64,000 nt of DNA from an uncultured Planctomycetia bacterium (GCA_964527765.1 CAZGQR010000002.1:50986-114985); one strand, 5' to 3'; shown: positions 37,496 through 48,059, counted from the first letter of the stretch. Notes: generated from the sequence alone by a model not told the origin. A program made the numbers and translations.

Positions 37496-38530
37496 ATGCT
37501 GCACATCTCCAACAAAAATTTTGTAAAGCTGCTGGGATCCCTGAAAAGGGATTACCGGGTCTACGTGCCCGTGAAGAAAGACGACCAGCGGTTCTACCGG
37601 GAATATACGGAATTCAGCGATGACATCGTGATCGGCGAAGTAAGAGCTTTCGAACCTCTCAAGGCTTTTTTTACGCGCGCAAGGGAAAAAGTAGCGGAGG
37701 ATTTCAAGCCGGACATACCCCATGCCGGCGACAAGCCGTTCGCCATCGTGGGCGTGAAGGCCTGCGACCTGAAAGGCCTTAAAATCCAGGATCATGTCTT
37801 CATGGACCACGATTACAAGGACCCTTTTTATGCCAGGACCCGTGAAGCAAATCTCATTATCTCGGCGGATTGCACCTGCGCGATAGAAACGTGTTTCTGT
37901 CTCGCGGTGGGCGTGGAGCCGCATCCGAGGGAAGATTTCGATATCAATCTTTCAACAACGGACGACGGATTTCTCATCGAAACGGGATCGGAAAAAGGGG
38001 AAAGGATCGTTGAGAAAAATCTTTCGCTCTTTCAGGAGGCAAGCGACAGGTTCATCTCCAGGAGGGACAGGAAAAGAGAAAATGTCATCAAGGAAGTGGA
38101 GAAAAATATCAGGGAGAACGGCGTTCCGGACGAGCAACTTTTTGAAGGGATCGTCGAAAGGAATTACGAGTCGGATATATGGAACGACGAAGCCCAGACC
38201 TGCGTGGAATGCGGAGCGTGCACTATCATATGCCCGACCTGCCACTGTTTTCTTCTTTACGATCAGAAGGACGAGCAGCGGATGGCGCGCCTGCGCATAT
38301 GGGATTCCTGCATGATAAAAGACTATGCCAGGGTCGCCGGCGGCGGCAATCCGAGAAAGAAACTATGGATGCGGCTCCGGAACAGGTTTGAGAAAAAGTT
38401 TGACTTCTTTCCGAAAGCGGCGGACATATACGCCTGTACCGGGTGCGGACGCTGCATATCGGCGTGTCCCGCGAAGATCGACATAAGAGAGGTTCTTAAA
38501 AGGCTGGTTACCGGCAATGAAGAAAAGTGA
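37496..38530 (+). CDS. Fe-S subunit, AsrA/HydB(sulfhydrogenase beta)-like 4Fe-4S dicluster protein
   Basis: CTCAIETCFC, CVECGACTIICPTCHCF and CTGCGRCISACP cluster motifs. Confidence 0.65.
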   Translation: MLHISNKNFVKLLGSLKRDYRVYVPVKKDDQRFYREYTEFSDDIVIGEVRAFEPLKAFFTRAREKVAEDFKPDIPHAGDKPFAIVGVKACDLKGLKIQDHVFMDHDYKDPFYARTREANLIISADCTCAIETCFCLAVGVEPHPREDFDINLSTTDDGFLIETGSEKGERIVEKNLSLFQEASDRFISRRDRKRENVIKEVEKNIRENGVPDEQLFEGIVERNYESDIWNDEAQTCVECGACTIICPTCHCFLLYDQKDEQRMARLRIWDSCMIKDYARVAGGGNPRKKLWMRLRNRFEKKFDFFPKAADIYACTGCGRCISACPAKIDIREVLKRLVTGNEEK

Positions 38531-39344
38531 GAACATATACAGGCCCATCGAGGCGGAAGTGCTTGAGGTCATAACCGAAAGCCGGACCATCAAGACGTTC
38601 AAGCTTAAACCCAGGGAAGATCTGACCTTTGTGGCCGGCCAGTTCATCGAGCTGACCATTCCCGGCGTGGGGGAGGCGCCGTTCACCCCTTCATCGAATC
38701 CCGCGATCAAGGAAACGATGGAAGTGACGATAATGAAGGCGGGCAAGGTCACCGAAAAGGTCCACCAGCTGGCCAAAGGCGATATTGTCGGGTTGAGGGG
38801 CCCTTACGGTGACGGCTACCCCATGGACCATTTCGCGGGCAAGGAAGTACTGGTCTTCGGCGGGGGTGTCGGCCTCGCGCCGCTGAGAAGCCTGATGCAC
38901 GCGCTTTTTAACAGGATAGATGATTTCAAGAAGATATATTTCAGATATGGCTCGAAGACCCCCGGGGATATCATATATAAGGAAGAGATCAGGAAATGGG
39001 AAAAAAGAAAAGACCTGGATTACAGGATAACCGTCGATGCCGGGGATGATAAGTGGAAAGGGCACGTAGGGCTGGTCACGACGATCTTGGACGACAAGAT
39101 GGGCATGGACTTCGGCTCGGCGATAGCGGTTGTCTGCGGTCCGCCGATAATGATGAAATTCGGGACCTCCAAACTCTTGGAGCTGGGTTTCAGGGAAGAA
39201 AATATATATCTCTCCATGGAGAAGAACATGTCCTGCGGCCTCGGCAAGTGCGGGCATTGCAGGATAGGGACATACTATGCCTGTAAGGACGGCCCTGTTT
39301 TTACTTATGACAAGATAAAGGATTTTCACGGAATATGGGACTAG
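38517..39344 (+). CDS. FAD/NAD(P)-binding oxidoreductase subunit (PyrK/AsrB/HydG-like) with C-terminal [2Fe-2S]
   Basis: FAD_binding_6/NAD_binding_1 layout (RPIEAEV...GQFIEL..., VLVFGGGVGLAPL) and CGLGKCGHCRIGTYYAC. Confidence 0.75.
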   Translation: MKKSENIYRPIEAEVLEVITESRTIKTFKLKPREDLTFVAGQFIELTIPGVGEAPFTPSSNPAIKETMEVTIMKAGKVTEKVHQLAKGDIVGLRGPYGDGYPMDHFAGKEVLVFGGGVGLAPLRSLMHALFNRIDDFKKIYFRYGSKTPGDIIYKEEIRKWEKRKDLDYRITVDAGDDKWKGHVGLVTTILDDKMGMDFGSAIAVVCGPPIMMKFGTSKLLELGFREENIYLSMEKNMSCGLGKCGHCRIGTYYACKDGPVFTYDKIKDFHGIWD

Positions 39345-39913
39345 ACGGTATGGATACAAGCGCCGAACAGATCCACCAGGGAAAGATAAACACCGAGCCG
39401 AAGAAGGGTAAGGACAAACGGCTTTTTATCGATCTCGATGTCTGCGCTTCCGGGGAGTGCAAGGAATGCGTCGTCAAGTGCAGTTATTTTTACCACCGCC
39501 AGACCGTGAATAACGGTATCATTTCTATCATAGAGCTTGCCGCGTATGCGCTTGTCTGCCGCAGGTGCGAAGAGCCGCATTGTGTCAATGCCTGTCCGGT
39601 AGAGGCGCTTGAGCAAGAGAAGGAGAAGGACAAGTTTCTGGTAAGGCACAACATGCGGTGTATCAGCTGCGGGTCGTGCTCGCATGCGTGCCCTTACGGC
39701 ACGATATACCCGGAGGCCGTGCCCCTGCTTGTCCACAACTGCGATTTCTGTCTGGACAGGAGGGATGAGAAAGATGAACCGCTTTGCATAACCACCTGTC
39801 CTTACGGGGCGTTGAGCCTGAAAAAGGGCGATATTGAACTGGATGAGAATACTTTTCTCGTGGGGGATAACCTGATAGTCCATTCCACGCACTGGGACCG
39901 GGAGAAGGCATGA
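39335..39913 (+). CDS. Poly-ferredoxin (HycB-like, about four [4Fe-4S] motifs)
   Basis: CRRCEEPHCVNACP, CISCGSCSHACPYG, CDFCLDRRDEKDEPLCITTCPYG. Confidence 0.75.
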   Translation: MGLDGMDTSAEQIHQGKINTEPKKGKDKRLFIDLDVCASGECKECVVKCSYFYHRQTVNNGIISIIELAAYALVCRRCEEPHCVNACPVEALEQEKEKDKFLVRHNMRCISCGSCSHACPYGTIYPEAVPLLVHNCDFCLDRRDEKDEPLCITTCPYGALSLKKGDIELDENTFLVGDNLIVHSTHWDREKA

Positions 39914-40833
39914 TATACGTATTGTATCTTTTATTTTTCGGTTTTTTCCTGACGGCCGCCGTGGGCCTTTTTGCCAGCTGGATCGACAGGAAAGTAACGG
40001 CGCGCGTGCAGTACCGCGTCGGGCCGCCCGTTCTCCAGCCGCTTATCGATATCATAAAACTCCTCGGCAAGGAGACACTTGTCCCGGCGGGCGCTTCAAA
40101 AACGACCTTTCTGCTGGCTCCGGTCCTGGGTCTGGGGAGCGTGATACTGGTCTCGACGCTTTTGTGGGTGAACGATATAAATGTGGGACAGGGTTTTATG
40201 GGGGATATAATAGTGGCCTTATATCTTTTGACGATACCTTCCATAAGCATTATAATCGGGGGTTTTGCTTCGGCCAATCCGCTGGCCAGTCTGGGTGCGT
40301 CCCGGGAGATGAAACTCATCCTCGGATATGAACTCCCGTTCGTTCTTGCGATGCTGGTCCCCGTGATAAAGGCCGGTTATTCTATCAGGATAGGGGATAT
40401 TCTTCTTTTTCAGGCCCGGAGCGGGGTAATAGCCGGAAACCCCTCAGGCATACTGGCTCTGGTGGTGGCCCTGATGTGCGTGCAGGCGAAACTGGCTCTG
40501 GTGCCTTTTGATATCCCCGAGGCCGAAACGGAGATCTCGGGAGGAGCGCTCATCGAATATTCGGGGGCCGGTCTTGCGGTCTATCGCCTCATGAAGAACA
40601 TGCTTCTTTTTACGCTGCCGTTCTTCCTGATAATACTTTTTATGGGCGGTTTAAGGTTCGACGGCATCCATCTATTGTACGGCGTGTTGAAATACGTAGG
40701 GCTTGTGGCCCTGATAACGGTCATAAGGAATACCAATCCGCGGGTCAGGATCGACCAGGCCGTCAAATTCTTCTGGGGACCCATGACGGTCATCGCGGCA
40801 ATAGCGGTAGTGCTGGCTTTTAAAGGTTTATAA
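39910..40833 (+). CDS. Group-4 hydrogenase membrane subunit (NuoH/HycD/EchB/MbhM-like)
   Basis: WIDRKVTARVQYRVGPP is the complex-I subunit 1 signature; 8 TM helices. Confidence 0.85.
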   Translation: MIYVLYLLFFGFFLTAAVGLFASWIDRKVTARVQYRVGPPVLQPLIDIIKLLGKETLVPAGASKTTFLLAPVLGLGSVILVSTLLWVNDINVGQGFMGDIIVALYLLTIPSISIIIGGFASANPLASLGASREMKLILGYELPFVLAMLVPVIKAGYSIRIGDILLFQARSGVIAGNPSGILALVVALMCVQAKLALVPFDIPEAETEISGGALIEYSGAGLAVYRLMKNMLLFTLPFFLIILFMGGLRFDGIHLLYGVLKYVGLVALITVIRNTNPRVRIDQAVKFFWGPMTVIAAIAVVLAFKGL

Positions 40834-40851
40834 GTATAGTAAAGAGGCCAT

Positions 40852-41277
40852 ATGAGTTTCAAGTTGAAAGCACTTTTAAAATCTCCGTGGGTGTTCCATC
40901 TCTCGACGGGCAGTTGCAACAACTGCGACATCGAGATACTGGACTGCCTTACCCCGAGGTTTGACATCGAAAGGTTCGGGATGCTTCTCGCCCCGAGCAT
41001 AAAACATGCGGATGTTCTTCTGGTCACGGGATCCTGTAACAGAAAATCCGCCGAGAGACTGAAGAGACTGTACGAACAGGCGCCCAAACCCTGCCTGGTG
41101 GTCGCGATAGGGGAGTGTTCCCTTTCGAGAGGGATGTTCATACACAGCTATAACTGTCCCGTGCCGTTGGATAAGATCATTCCCGTGGACGTGTACATCC
41201 CGGGCTGTCCGCCTAAACCGGAAGCCATCATCGCGGGCGTGGTGAAGCTGATAGAAAAAGTGAAGAGCGGAAAATGA
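40852..41277 (+). CDS. [NiFe] hydrogenase small subunit (NuoB/HycG/MbhJ-like)
   Basis: GSCNNCDIE...GSCN...GCPPKP carries the NuoB-type proximal cluster cysteines. Confidence 0.85.
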   Translation: MSFKLKALLKSPWVFHLSTGSCNNCDIEILDCLTPRFDIERFGMLLAPSIKHADVLLVTGSCNRKSAERLKRLYEQAPKPCLVVAIGECSLSRGMFIHSYNCPVPLDKIIPVDVYIPGCPPKPEAIIAGVVKLIEKVKSGK

Positions 41278-41747
41278 CGCGCAAAGAGATCTTAAAGAAC
41301 ATACAGGAAAAGTTCAAGAAGGATATAATCGATGTTTTCGACAAGCATCCGAAACGGGTGTATATCGAGATCAAACCCGGATCGATAGTCAAGATCGCCG
41401 GTTATATGTTCAAAGAACTGGGCACAAGGTTCAATATAGCCACGGGGGTGGATCTAAGAGAGCATATGGAGATCCTGTACCATTTCACCGACGAGGATAT
41501 AAACCTGTTGATCTCCCTGAGGGTGAAACTGCCCAAGGATAAATTAGAGATAGATTCGCTTGCTCCTGTTTTCGAAGGCGCGAACTGGATAGAAAGGGAG
41601 ATGCACGAACTTCTGGGTATCACTTTTAAAGGGCATCCTGACATGAGAAGGCTGCTTCTGCCGGACGAATGGCCCGAGGGCGTGTATCCCTTGAGGGCCG
41701 ACTATGAGGAATGGGACGAAAAGGCGATAAGGGACAGGGGATTATAG
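41274..41747 (+). CDS. NuoC/MbhK-like 30 kDa subunit
   Basis: 157 aa; ...NWIEREMHELLGITFKGHPDMRRLLLPDEW is a Complex1_30kDa motif. Confidence 0.8.
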   Translation: MTRKEILKNIQEKFKKDIIDVFDKHPKRVYIEIKPGSIVKIAGYMFKELGTRFNIATGVDLREHMEILYHFTDEDINLLISLRVKLPKDKLEIDSLAPVFEGANWIEREMHELLGITFKGHPDMRRLLLPDEWPEGVYPLRADYEEWDEKAIRDRGL

Positions 41748-41750
41748 AAA

Positions 41751-42935
41751 ATGGCGAAGACAATAGTGCCGATAGGACCGTATCACCCGCTTCAGGAAGA
41801 GCCTGAGTTTTTCAGTCTCACCATGGAGGGCGAGAAGGTCGTCGATATCGACGTCCAGGTCGGCTACAACCACAGGGGCATAGAAAAGCTCTCCGAGATG
41901 AAGACCTTCGACCAGTCCACTTTTGTCATAGAAAGGATCTGCGGAATATGTTCGACAAGCCATCCCTTCGCTTACACAAGGGCGGTCGAGGATATAATCC
42001 CCGTTGAGGTCCCCGAAAGGGCAAAATACATAAGGACGGTAATAGCCGAAGGCGAGAGGGTGCACTCGCACCTTTTGTGGCTCGGGCTCGCGGGGCATTT
42101 CCTGGGATACAATACGGTCTACATGTGGGCATGGAAGCTGAGAGAAGAGATCCTGGACGTCATGGAGATACTCTCCGGCAACAGGAACAATTACGCCATG
42201 TTCAAGCCCGGAGGAGTGAGAAGGGATTTCAAGCCCGAGGACATACCGCTCGTTATCGAAAAACTTGATTCCATTGTTCCTACCATGGAGATGCTTAAAA
42301 AGGCCGTGATAGACGATCCCGTTCTCCACGCCAGGACGAAGGGGATAGGCGTTCTGACAAAAGAGGCGGCCATAGATTTCTGCGCGCTCGGCCCCACTTC
42401 GCGCGCTTCCGGGGTGGCAAGGGACGTGAGAAAAGATTCCCCGTACGGGGCTTACGATAAGATCGAATGGGAGATGATAGTGAGGCATAACGGGGACGTC
42501 TTCGATAAGGTGGTGGTAAGGATACTGGAGATCCTGGAGTCAATAAAGATAATGAAGACCTGTCTTCTGGAACTGCCCTCCGGTGAAATAGACGCCAAAC
42601 TGAAGAGCATCCCTCCGGGAGAGGGTATCGGCCACGTTGAAGCGCCGAGGGGAGAGACCTTTCATTATGTAAGAAGCGACGGCACGAACAGCCCGGTCAG
42701 GCATAAGGTAAGAGCGCCCACGTTCATGAACCTTCCGACCTATAAGGCCACTGTCGTGGGAGAGACGATATCGGACGCGACGATAATCCTCGCGGCCATA
42801 GACCCGTGTTATTGCTGTACGGAGAGGATGGCGGTGCGTGACGTGAAGGGAAAGAAACTCTATAACGGGGAGGATCTGATCCGGCTTTCCCGGGAAAAGA
42901 CCGAGAAGATGAAGCAGAAGAAAGGGCTGAAATGA
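41751..42935 (+). CDS. Group 4 [NiFe]-hydrogenase large subunit (NuoD/HycE/MbhL/EchE-like)
   Basis: N-terminal L1 motif RICGICSTSH and C-terminal DPCYCCTER (DPCxxCxxR); both Ni-Fe ligand cysteine pairs are intact. Confidence 0.85.
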   Translation: MAKTIVPIGPYHPLQEEPEFFSLTMEGEKVVDIDVQVGYNHRGIEKLSEMKTFDQSTFVIERICGICSTSHPFAYTRAVEDIIPVEVPERAKYIRTVIAEGERVHSHLLWLGLAGHFLGYNTVYMWAWKLREEILDVMEILSGNRNNYAMFKPGGVRRDFKPEDIPLVIEKLDSIVPTMEMLKKAVIDDPVLHARTKGIGVLTKEAAIDFCALGPTSRASGVARDVRKDSPYGAYDKIEWEMIVRHNGDVFDKVVVRILEILESIKIMKTCLLELPSGEIDAKLKSIPPGEGIGHVEAPRGETFHYVRSDGTNSPVRHKVRAPTFMNLPTYKATVVGETISDATIILAAIDPCYCCTERMAVRDVKGKKLYNGEDLIRLSREKTEKMKQKKGLK

Positions 42936-43534
42936 ACGGCGAGATCAAGGTCCGCATACAGGAAATGTCCGGGATCATCTCCGAGATGATCGATCTCGTT
43001 TTCCGGGGCTTTATGGAAAATGATATGCATATTCTTGACAAGAGCCTGGACAAGGAACGCGCGCTCGACGATCTGGAAAAAGAGATCACCGCCGGTATCG
43101 TGAAACTTTCCAAAGGGCTCAGCGACAGGGAAAGAAAGAAGCTTGTTATAGCGGGGCAGATCGCCGAGAATATCGAGCGCATGGGCGATGAACTGCGCTA
43201 TCTGACCGAACGCATCGAGCTCAAGATCGCGGATAAGCTTTATTTCAGCGATAAAGGGGTCGAGCAGTATAAGGAAGTTTTTGAGAAGATGCAGAGGTCG
43301 GTGAGCCTGATCGTGAGGTTCCTGGGTGACGATGATGCCGAGGTCCTGGATAAGGTCCTGGAGAACGGCGACCAGATCAAGGAATTGATCGAAAGATACA
43401 GGGCCGAGCATATCGACCGTCTGGCCAGGGGGATATGCGAGCCGAGGGCGGCGAACATGTATTTTGACATGCTTGATTTTACCGGGAACATCGCCAGGCA
43501 CTGCACGAATATAGCGAGGATCTCCAAAAAATAA
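42932..43534 (+). CDS. PhoU-domain protein (two PhoU-like repeats)
   Basis: QIAENIERMGDELRYL and FTGNIARHCTNIARI resemble the paired PhoU E(D)-x3-D/ERIGD...HATNIA motifs. Confidence 0.45.
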   Translation: MNGEIKVRIQEMSGIISEMIDLVFRGFMENDMHILDKSLDKERALDDLEKEITAGIVKLSKGLSDRERKKLVIAGQIAENIERMGDELRYLTERIELKIADKLYFSDKGVEQYKEVFEKMQRSVSLIVRFLGDDDAEVLDKVLENGDQIKELIERYRAEHIDRLARGICEPRAANMYFDMLDFTGNIARHCTNIARISKK

Positions 43535-45186
43535 TGACAATACCCGAACTTTTCAGATTAGATAATTTGTCCGTTTTTGTAGGCATATTCATCGGTGTTT
43601 TCTCGCTGCTGGTCATCTTTTATTCTTTCGGCTTTATGCGCGGAAGAAAAGGGCTGGTGAGGTATTACCTGTATCTCGTTCTCACTTTTCTCGCCTCGCT
43701 CGGCACGGTCTTTTCCAATAACCTCATACTCTTTATTGTCTTCTGGGGATTTCTGGGGCTTCTTTTATACCTCCTGATCGGTTTCGGGCAGAGAGATGGT
43801 ACCGCTTATACGGCCAAGAAGGCGTTCATAATAATCGGGGGGACCGATGCCTTTATGCTGCTGGGGCTGGCTTTTATCTGGCATATTGCGGGAACGTTCC
43901 AGATGGATAAGATAAGCATTGCCCTGGATTCCAGGTCCGCGATCCTTGCGTACATATGCCTTGCGGCGGGAGCGTTCGCCAAGACCGGGGCGATGCCTTT
44001 TCATACCTGGGTTCCCGATACGGCCGAGGACGCGCCCACGCCGGTGGCTGCGTTCCTCCCGGCTTCCCTGGACAAGCTCCTGGGGATATATTTCCTTGCC
44101 AGGATATCCCTGGACATGTTCCGGATGAACCTGGGCATGAATACGTTCCTGATGGTAGTGGGCAGCGTCACTATCGTGGCCGCGGTCATGATGGCGCTCA
44201 TCCAGCATGATATGAAAAGGCTTCTGGGGTATCATGCGGTAAGTCAGGTCGGGTACATGGTCCTGGGTATCGGCACCGGCAACCCCGTCGGCATCGCGGG
44301 GGGAGTGTTCCACATGCTGAACAACGCGATATACAAGTCGTGCCTTTTTCTTTCCGGCGGCGCGGTGGAAAAAAAGGCGGGGACGACCGACCTGGAAAAA
44401 CTGGGCGGCTTTGCCAGGATCATGCCCATTAGTTTCCTGACGTTCCTGATAGCGTCGTTCTCGATATCGGGGGTTCCGCCCTTCAACGGGTTCGCTTCGA
44501 AGTGGATGATTTATCAGGGGGTGATAGAAACGGCCTCGGGTGGCGGACGGCTGTGGGTGGTATGGCTCGTTGCCGCCGTGTTCGGAAGCGCCCTGACGCT
44601 GGCGAGTTTCATGAAGCTTGTGCATACCGTGTTTCTCGGCCAGCCTTCCCGCGAGGCGCGCGAAAGAAGGTCCGAGATGAGGGATACCAGTCCTTCCATG
44701 CTGATCCCCTCGATGATACTTGCTTTCCTTTGCGTGATCTTCGGCGTTTTTGCTTACCGGATCCCTCTTAAGATGTTCATATTCCCGAGTCTGGGAGGAG
44801 AAGCGGGATTTACCGGCATATGGGATCCGTCCCTGGCCACGGCTCTGATAATCGTGGGTGTAGCGATAGGGTTGGTTATCTACCTGATCGGCACTGCTTT
44901 AAAGACGAGAACGACGGAAGTGTTCATCGGCGGAGAGATCCTGGAGAAGAAACCCGACATGAGGATTTCCGGGACCGAGTTTTATGAGACCATCAGGGAA
45001 ATGGGGTGCCTTAAGGCCATATACGCCCTGGCGGAGAAGAAAGTGTTTGATATATATGAAGTCGGCGTCAAGTTCACGCTTGCTTTTAACAGGGTATTGC
45101 GTTACATTCACAACGGAGTGCTCCTTACGTACCTGTCCTGGTGTCTTTTGGGGATGGTGATACTCTTTTACGTTCTGGTAAGGTGA
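43534..45186 (+). CDS. Mrp/complex-I antiporter-like subunit (MrpA/D, NuoL/M, MbhH-like proton-conducting membrane transporter)
   Basis: 550 aa, about 14 TM; HAVSQVGYMVLGIG and WVPDTAEDAPTPVAAFL (conserved Proton_antipo_M motifs). Confidence 0.8.
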   Translation: MTIPELFRLDNLSVFVGIFIGVFSLLVIFYSFGFMRGRKGLVRYYLYLVLTFLASLGTVFSNNLILFIVFWGFLGLLLYLLIGFGQRDGTAYTAKKAFIIIGGTDAFMLLGLAFIWHIAGTFQMDKISIALDSRSAILAYICLAAGAFAKTGAMPFHTWVPDTAEDAPTPVAAFLPASLDKLLGIYFLARISLDMFRMNLGMNTFLMVVGSVTIVAAVMMALIQHDMKRLLGYHAVSQVGYMVLGIGTGNPVGIAGGVFHMLNNAIYKSCLFLSGGAVEKKAGTTDLEKLGGFARIMPISFLTFLIASFSISGVPPFNGFASKWMIYQGVIETASGGGRLWVVWLVAAVFGSALTLASFMKLVHTVFLGQPSREARERRSEMRDTSPSMLIPSMILAFLCVIFGVFAYRIPLKMFIFPSLGGEAGFTGIWDPSLATALIIVGVAIGLVIYLIGTALKTRTTEVFIGGEILEKKPDMRISGTEFYETIREMGCLKAIYALAEKKVFDIYEVGVKFTLAFNRVLRYIHNGVLLTYLSWCLLGMVILFYVLVR

Positions 45187-45190
45187 TGAT

Positions 45191-45748
45191 ATGGTAGAGC
45201 TTTATGTATTGCTTGTTCTGATGATCATCGGCGCCTTGATCGCGATCGAGATAAAAGATCTGCTTTCCTCCGTGATAGCGGTGGGCGCCGCGGGGCTTGC
45301 GCTTTCGATAATCTTTTTGATACTTAAGGCGCCGGACGTGGCTATCACTCAGCTGGTCGTCGAGATATTGGCCCTGATCATACTGGTCAGGGGGACCCTC
45401 AAGAGGGATCTGCCTTTTTCAACGACGGGCAGGTGGCTTCTGAACACTATTATCACCGCGTGTTTTGTGGTCATATTTCTGGCGGTGGGGATGAAATGCT
45501 TTAAGGACCTGCCTGAATTCGGCTATCCGATAATGAAGGTCGCCGGTACCTATATCCAGGAAGGGCTCCAGAAGACAGGCGCCGTCAATCTTGTGGCTTC
45601 GGTGATACTGGACTTCAGGGCTTATGACACGCTCGGCGAGGCGACTATCCTTTTCACGGCTGTTATAGGTGTTCTGGCGATCGTGAGGAAGATAGGCAGG
45701 AAAAAGGTGGACGAAGAGATCAGGGAAGAAGACGAGGAAGAAATATGA
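45191..45748 (+). CDS. MnhB-related N-terminal domain protein (DUF4040; MbhD/E-like)
   Basis: Hydrophobic 185 aa; LSSVIAVGAAGLALSIIFLILKAPDVAITQLVVE pattern. Confidence 0.55.
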   Translation: MVELYVLLVLMIIGALIAIEIKDLLSSVIAVGAAGLALSIIFLILKAPDVAITQLVVEILALIILVRGTLKRDLPFSTTGRWLLNTIITACFVVIFLAVGMKCFKDLPEFGYPIMKVAGTYIQEGLQKTGAVNLVASVILDFRAYDTLGEATILFTAVIGVLAIVRKIGRKKVDEEIREEDEEEI

Positions 45749-46221
45749 GCAGGGAACGCGAAAAAGGCATGTCACTGATCGTGAAGACGATAACCCGCCT
45801 CACGGTAGGGCTTATATTTCTTTACGGGGTTTACATAGTGACTCACGGGCATCTTTCGCCCGGCGGCGGTTTTGCCGGCGGGGTGATCATAGCGCTGTCG
45901 TTCGTCCACCTCATGCTGGCGTACGGCAAGGAAAAGGCTTTTGAGAAGCTCTCGAGGGCCGCCGCTTCGCTGTTTGAGGATGCCGGGGCGATACTTTTCC
46001 TGAGTATCGCTCTTCTGGGGTTTACCGGGGGCTATTTCTTTCTTAACTTCATATCCAAAGGTCAGCCTTTTAAGCTGTTCAGCGCGGGGATCATCCTGCC
46101 CTGCAACATAGCCATAAGCCTGAAGGTCGGCGCCGGGATCTTTGCGATAGTCGTTGCGCTTGTTCTCTTGGAGTTTGAACTGGAAGAAGAGAAAAAGGAA
46201 GAGAAAAAAGGAAAAAGATGA
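45745..46221 (+). CDS. Na+/H+ antiporter MnhB-subunit-like protein
   Basis: TRLTVGLIFLYGVYIVTHGHLSPGGGFAGGVIIA is characteristic of the MnhB domain. Confidence 0.7.
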   Translation: MSREREKGMSLIVKTITRLTVGLIFLYGVYIVTHGHLSPGGGFAGGVIIALSFVHLMLAYGKEKAFEKLSRAAASLFEDAGAILFLSIALLGFTGGYFFLNFISKGQPFKLFSAGIILPCNIAISLKVGAGIFAIVVALVLLEFELEEEKKEEKKGKR

Positions 46222-46556
46222 GCATCTATCTGCTTTGCCTGATAATTTTTAGTCTGGGCATTTACTGCGTCGTACGGAAACGTAACGTCATCAAGATCAT
46301 AATAGGCGTCATCATACTGGAATACGCGGTCAACCTGTTCTTTGTGCTTGTGGCTTACCGTGTTAACGGCCGCGCTCCGATATTTTCGGCGGAGCAGGAA
46401 GTGCTGAACATGGTGGACCCGCTGCCGCACGCGCTGGTGCTTACCGCGATCGTTATCGGGCTGGCGACCACCGCTCTGCTTGTGGGGATCGCCATGCGAC
46501 TTTATGAAAAATACAGGACTTTTGATATCACGAAGATAAGGGAGCTAAAGGGATGA
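46218..46556 (+). CDS. MnhC/NuoK-like subunit
   Basis: 112 aa, 3 TM, in the NuoK/MrpC size class. Confidence 0.65.
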   Translation: MSIYLLCLIIFSLGIYCVVRKRNVIKIIIGVIILEYAVNLFFVLVAYRVNGRAPIFSAEQEVLNMVDPLPHALVLTAIVIGLATTALLVGIAMRLYEKYRTFDITKIRELKG

Positions 46557-48058
46557 TGCCGGCAGAGAACATAATACCGCTTTTTGTCGCCGTAGCGCTT
46601 GCCGGGGCCTTTATTGTCGCTCTTGCAGGCGGGAAGGTGAGGTGGGCGCCCGACGCGCTGGGGAACCTCTTCACGCTGGCCCTGACGGTCTTATCCGTCG
46701 TATCGGTGCTGGCGGTAAGGCAGTACGGGGTTCTTGTCTACAGCGTCGGCGCGTGGAAGCCTCCCGTGGGCATAGCGATGGTGCTGGACGGCTTGACCTC
46801 GTTCATGCTGGTGACCGTGAACCTGATGGCGTTTATCATAACCGTTTTTTCGGTGAATTACATGGAGAAATACACCTCCAAATGGAAATTCTATTGCCTG
46901 TTCCTGCTGATGGTGGCGGGCATGAACGGCGTCATTATAAGCGGTGACATGTTCAATCTGTTCGTGTTCCTGGAGATCGCTTCCGTCGCGAGTTACGCCC
47001 TGGTCGCGTTCGGGACGGAACGCCAGGAGCTTGAAGCGGCTTTTAAATACGCGGTCATGGGCACCGTGGGATCGCTTTTCACTCTTCTCGGCATCGTCTT
47101 TCTGTACAGTTATACCTCTACGCTTAACATGGCGGACATGGCGCAGGTCCTGATCCAGAAAGGTGGGAAGGACATCACTCTCATGGTGAGCGTCTTGTTC
47201 ATAATGGGGTTCGGCCTGAAGGCGGCGCTCGTTCCGTTCCACGCCTGGCTTCCGGATGCCCATCCTTCGGCTCCCGCGCCGATATCGGCCATGCTCTCGG
47301 GTGTGTTGATAAAATCACTCGGTATCTACGCCCTGTGCAGGGTATTCTACAACGTGATCGGCATAGACCAGGCCGTTTCTTCCGTGCTGCTTTTCCTTGG
47401 CGCTTTGTCCATGGTGGTCGGGGTGTTCCTGGCCATAGGCCAATGGGATTTCAAACGCCTTCTGGCGTATCACTCCATAAGCCAGATAGGCTATGTTGTT
47501 CTCGGGATCGGACTGGGGACCCCGCTCGGCATCCTGGGCGGCCTCTTCCATCTTTTTAATCATTCCGTGTTCAAATCGCTGCTCTTTTTGAATTCCGGGG
47601 CCGTGGAATATTCGACCGGGACGCGCGACCTGAAGGAGATGGGAGGACTGGCATCAAAGATGCCGCTGACAGGAACGACAAGCCTTATAGCTTCGATGTC
47701 CATCGCCGGGATCCCGCCTTTCAACGGGTTCTGGAGCAAGCTGATCATAATAATAGCGGCGGTTCAGGCCGGCAGGTACGGGTACGCGTTCTGGGCCGTT
47801 GTAGCAAGCGTGCTGACCCTGGCGTCCTTCATGAAGGTCATGAAGTACGCCTTTCTGGACAGGCTGAAGGAAAAATGGAACGCGGTGAAAGAAGTGCCCG
47901 TTTTCATGAAGTTGTCCATGAGTGCCCTGGCGCTTATTTGCATTCTGGGAGGGGTCTTACTTGTCGGAGCCCTTAATGATGCTTTTCTTGAACGGGCGAC
48001 CGATGTTCTTCTGGAGGGGACAAAGTACGCGGCCATTGTTTTTAAGGGGATCGGGTAA
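46553..48058 (+). CDS. MrpD/NuoN-like antiporter-type subunit
   Basis: 501 aa; HAWLPDAHPSAPAPISAML and HSISQIGYVVLGIG motifs. Confidence 0.8.
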   Translation: MMPAENIIPLFVAVALAGAFIVALAGGKVRWAPDALGNLFTLALTVLSVVSVLAVRQYGVLVYSVGAWKPPVGIAMVLDGLTSFMLVTVNLMAFIITVFSVNYMEKYTSKWKFYCLFLLMVAGMNGVIISGDMFNLFVFLEIASVASYALVAFGTERQELEAAFKYAVMGTVGSLFTLLGIVFLYSYTSTLNMADMAQVLIQKGGKDITLMVSVLFIMGFGLKAALVPFHAWLPDAHPSAPAPISAMLSGVLIKSLGIYALCRVFYNVIGIDQAVSSVLLFLGALSMVVGVFLAIGQWDFKRLLAYHSISQIGYVVLGIGLGTPLGILGGLFHLFNHSVFKSLLFLNSGAVEYSTGTRDLKEMGGLASKMPLTGTTSLIASMSIAGIPPFNGFWSKLIIIIAAVQAGRYGYAFWAVVASVLTLASFMKVMKYAFLDRLKEKWNAVKEVPVFMKLSMSALALICILGGVLLVGALNDAFLERATDVLLEGTKYAAIVFKGIG

Positions 48059-48059
48059 A

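Noticed and set aside
43765-44625. 286-aa - strand ORF and several 60-90 aa ORFs inside the Mrp-like antiporter subunit gene
   Set aside because: Antisense to a 14-TM proton-antiporter-family protein with conserved motifs; Arg/His-rich composition typical of reverse-frame artefacts.
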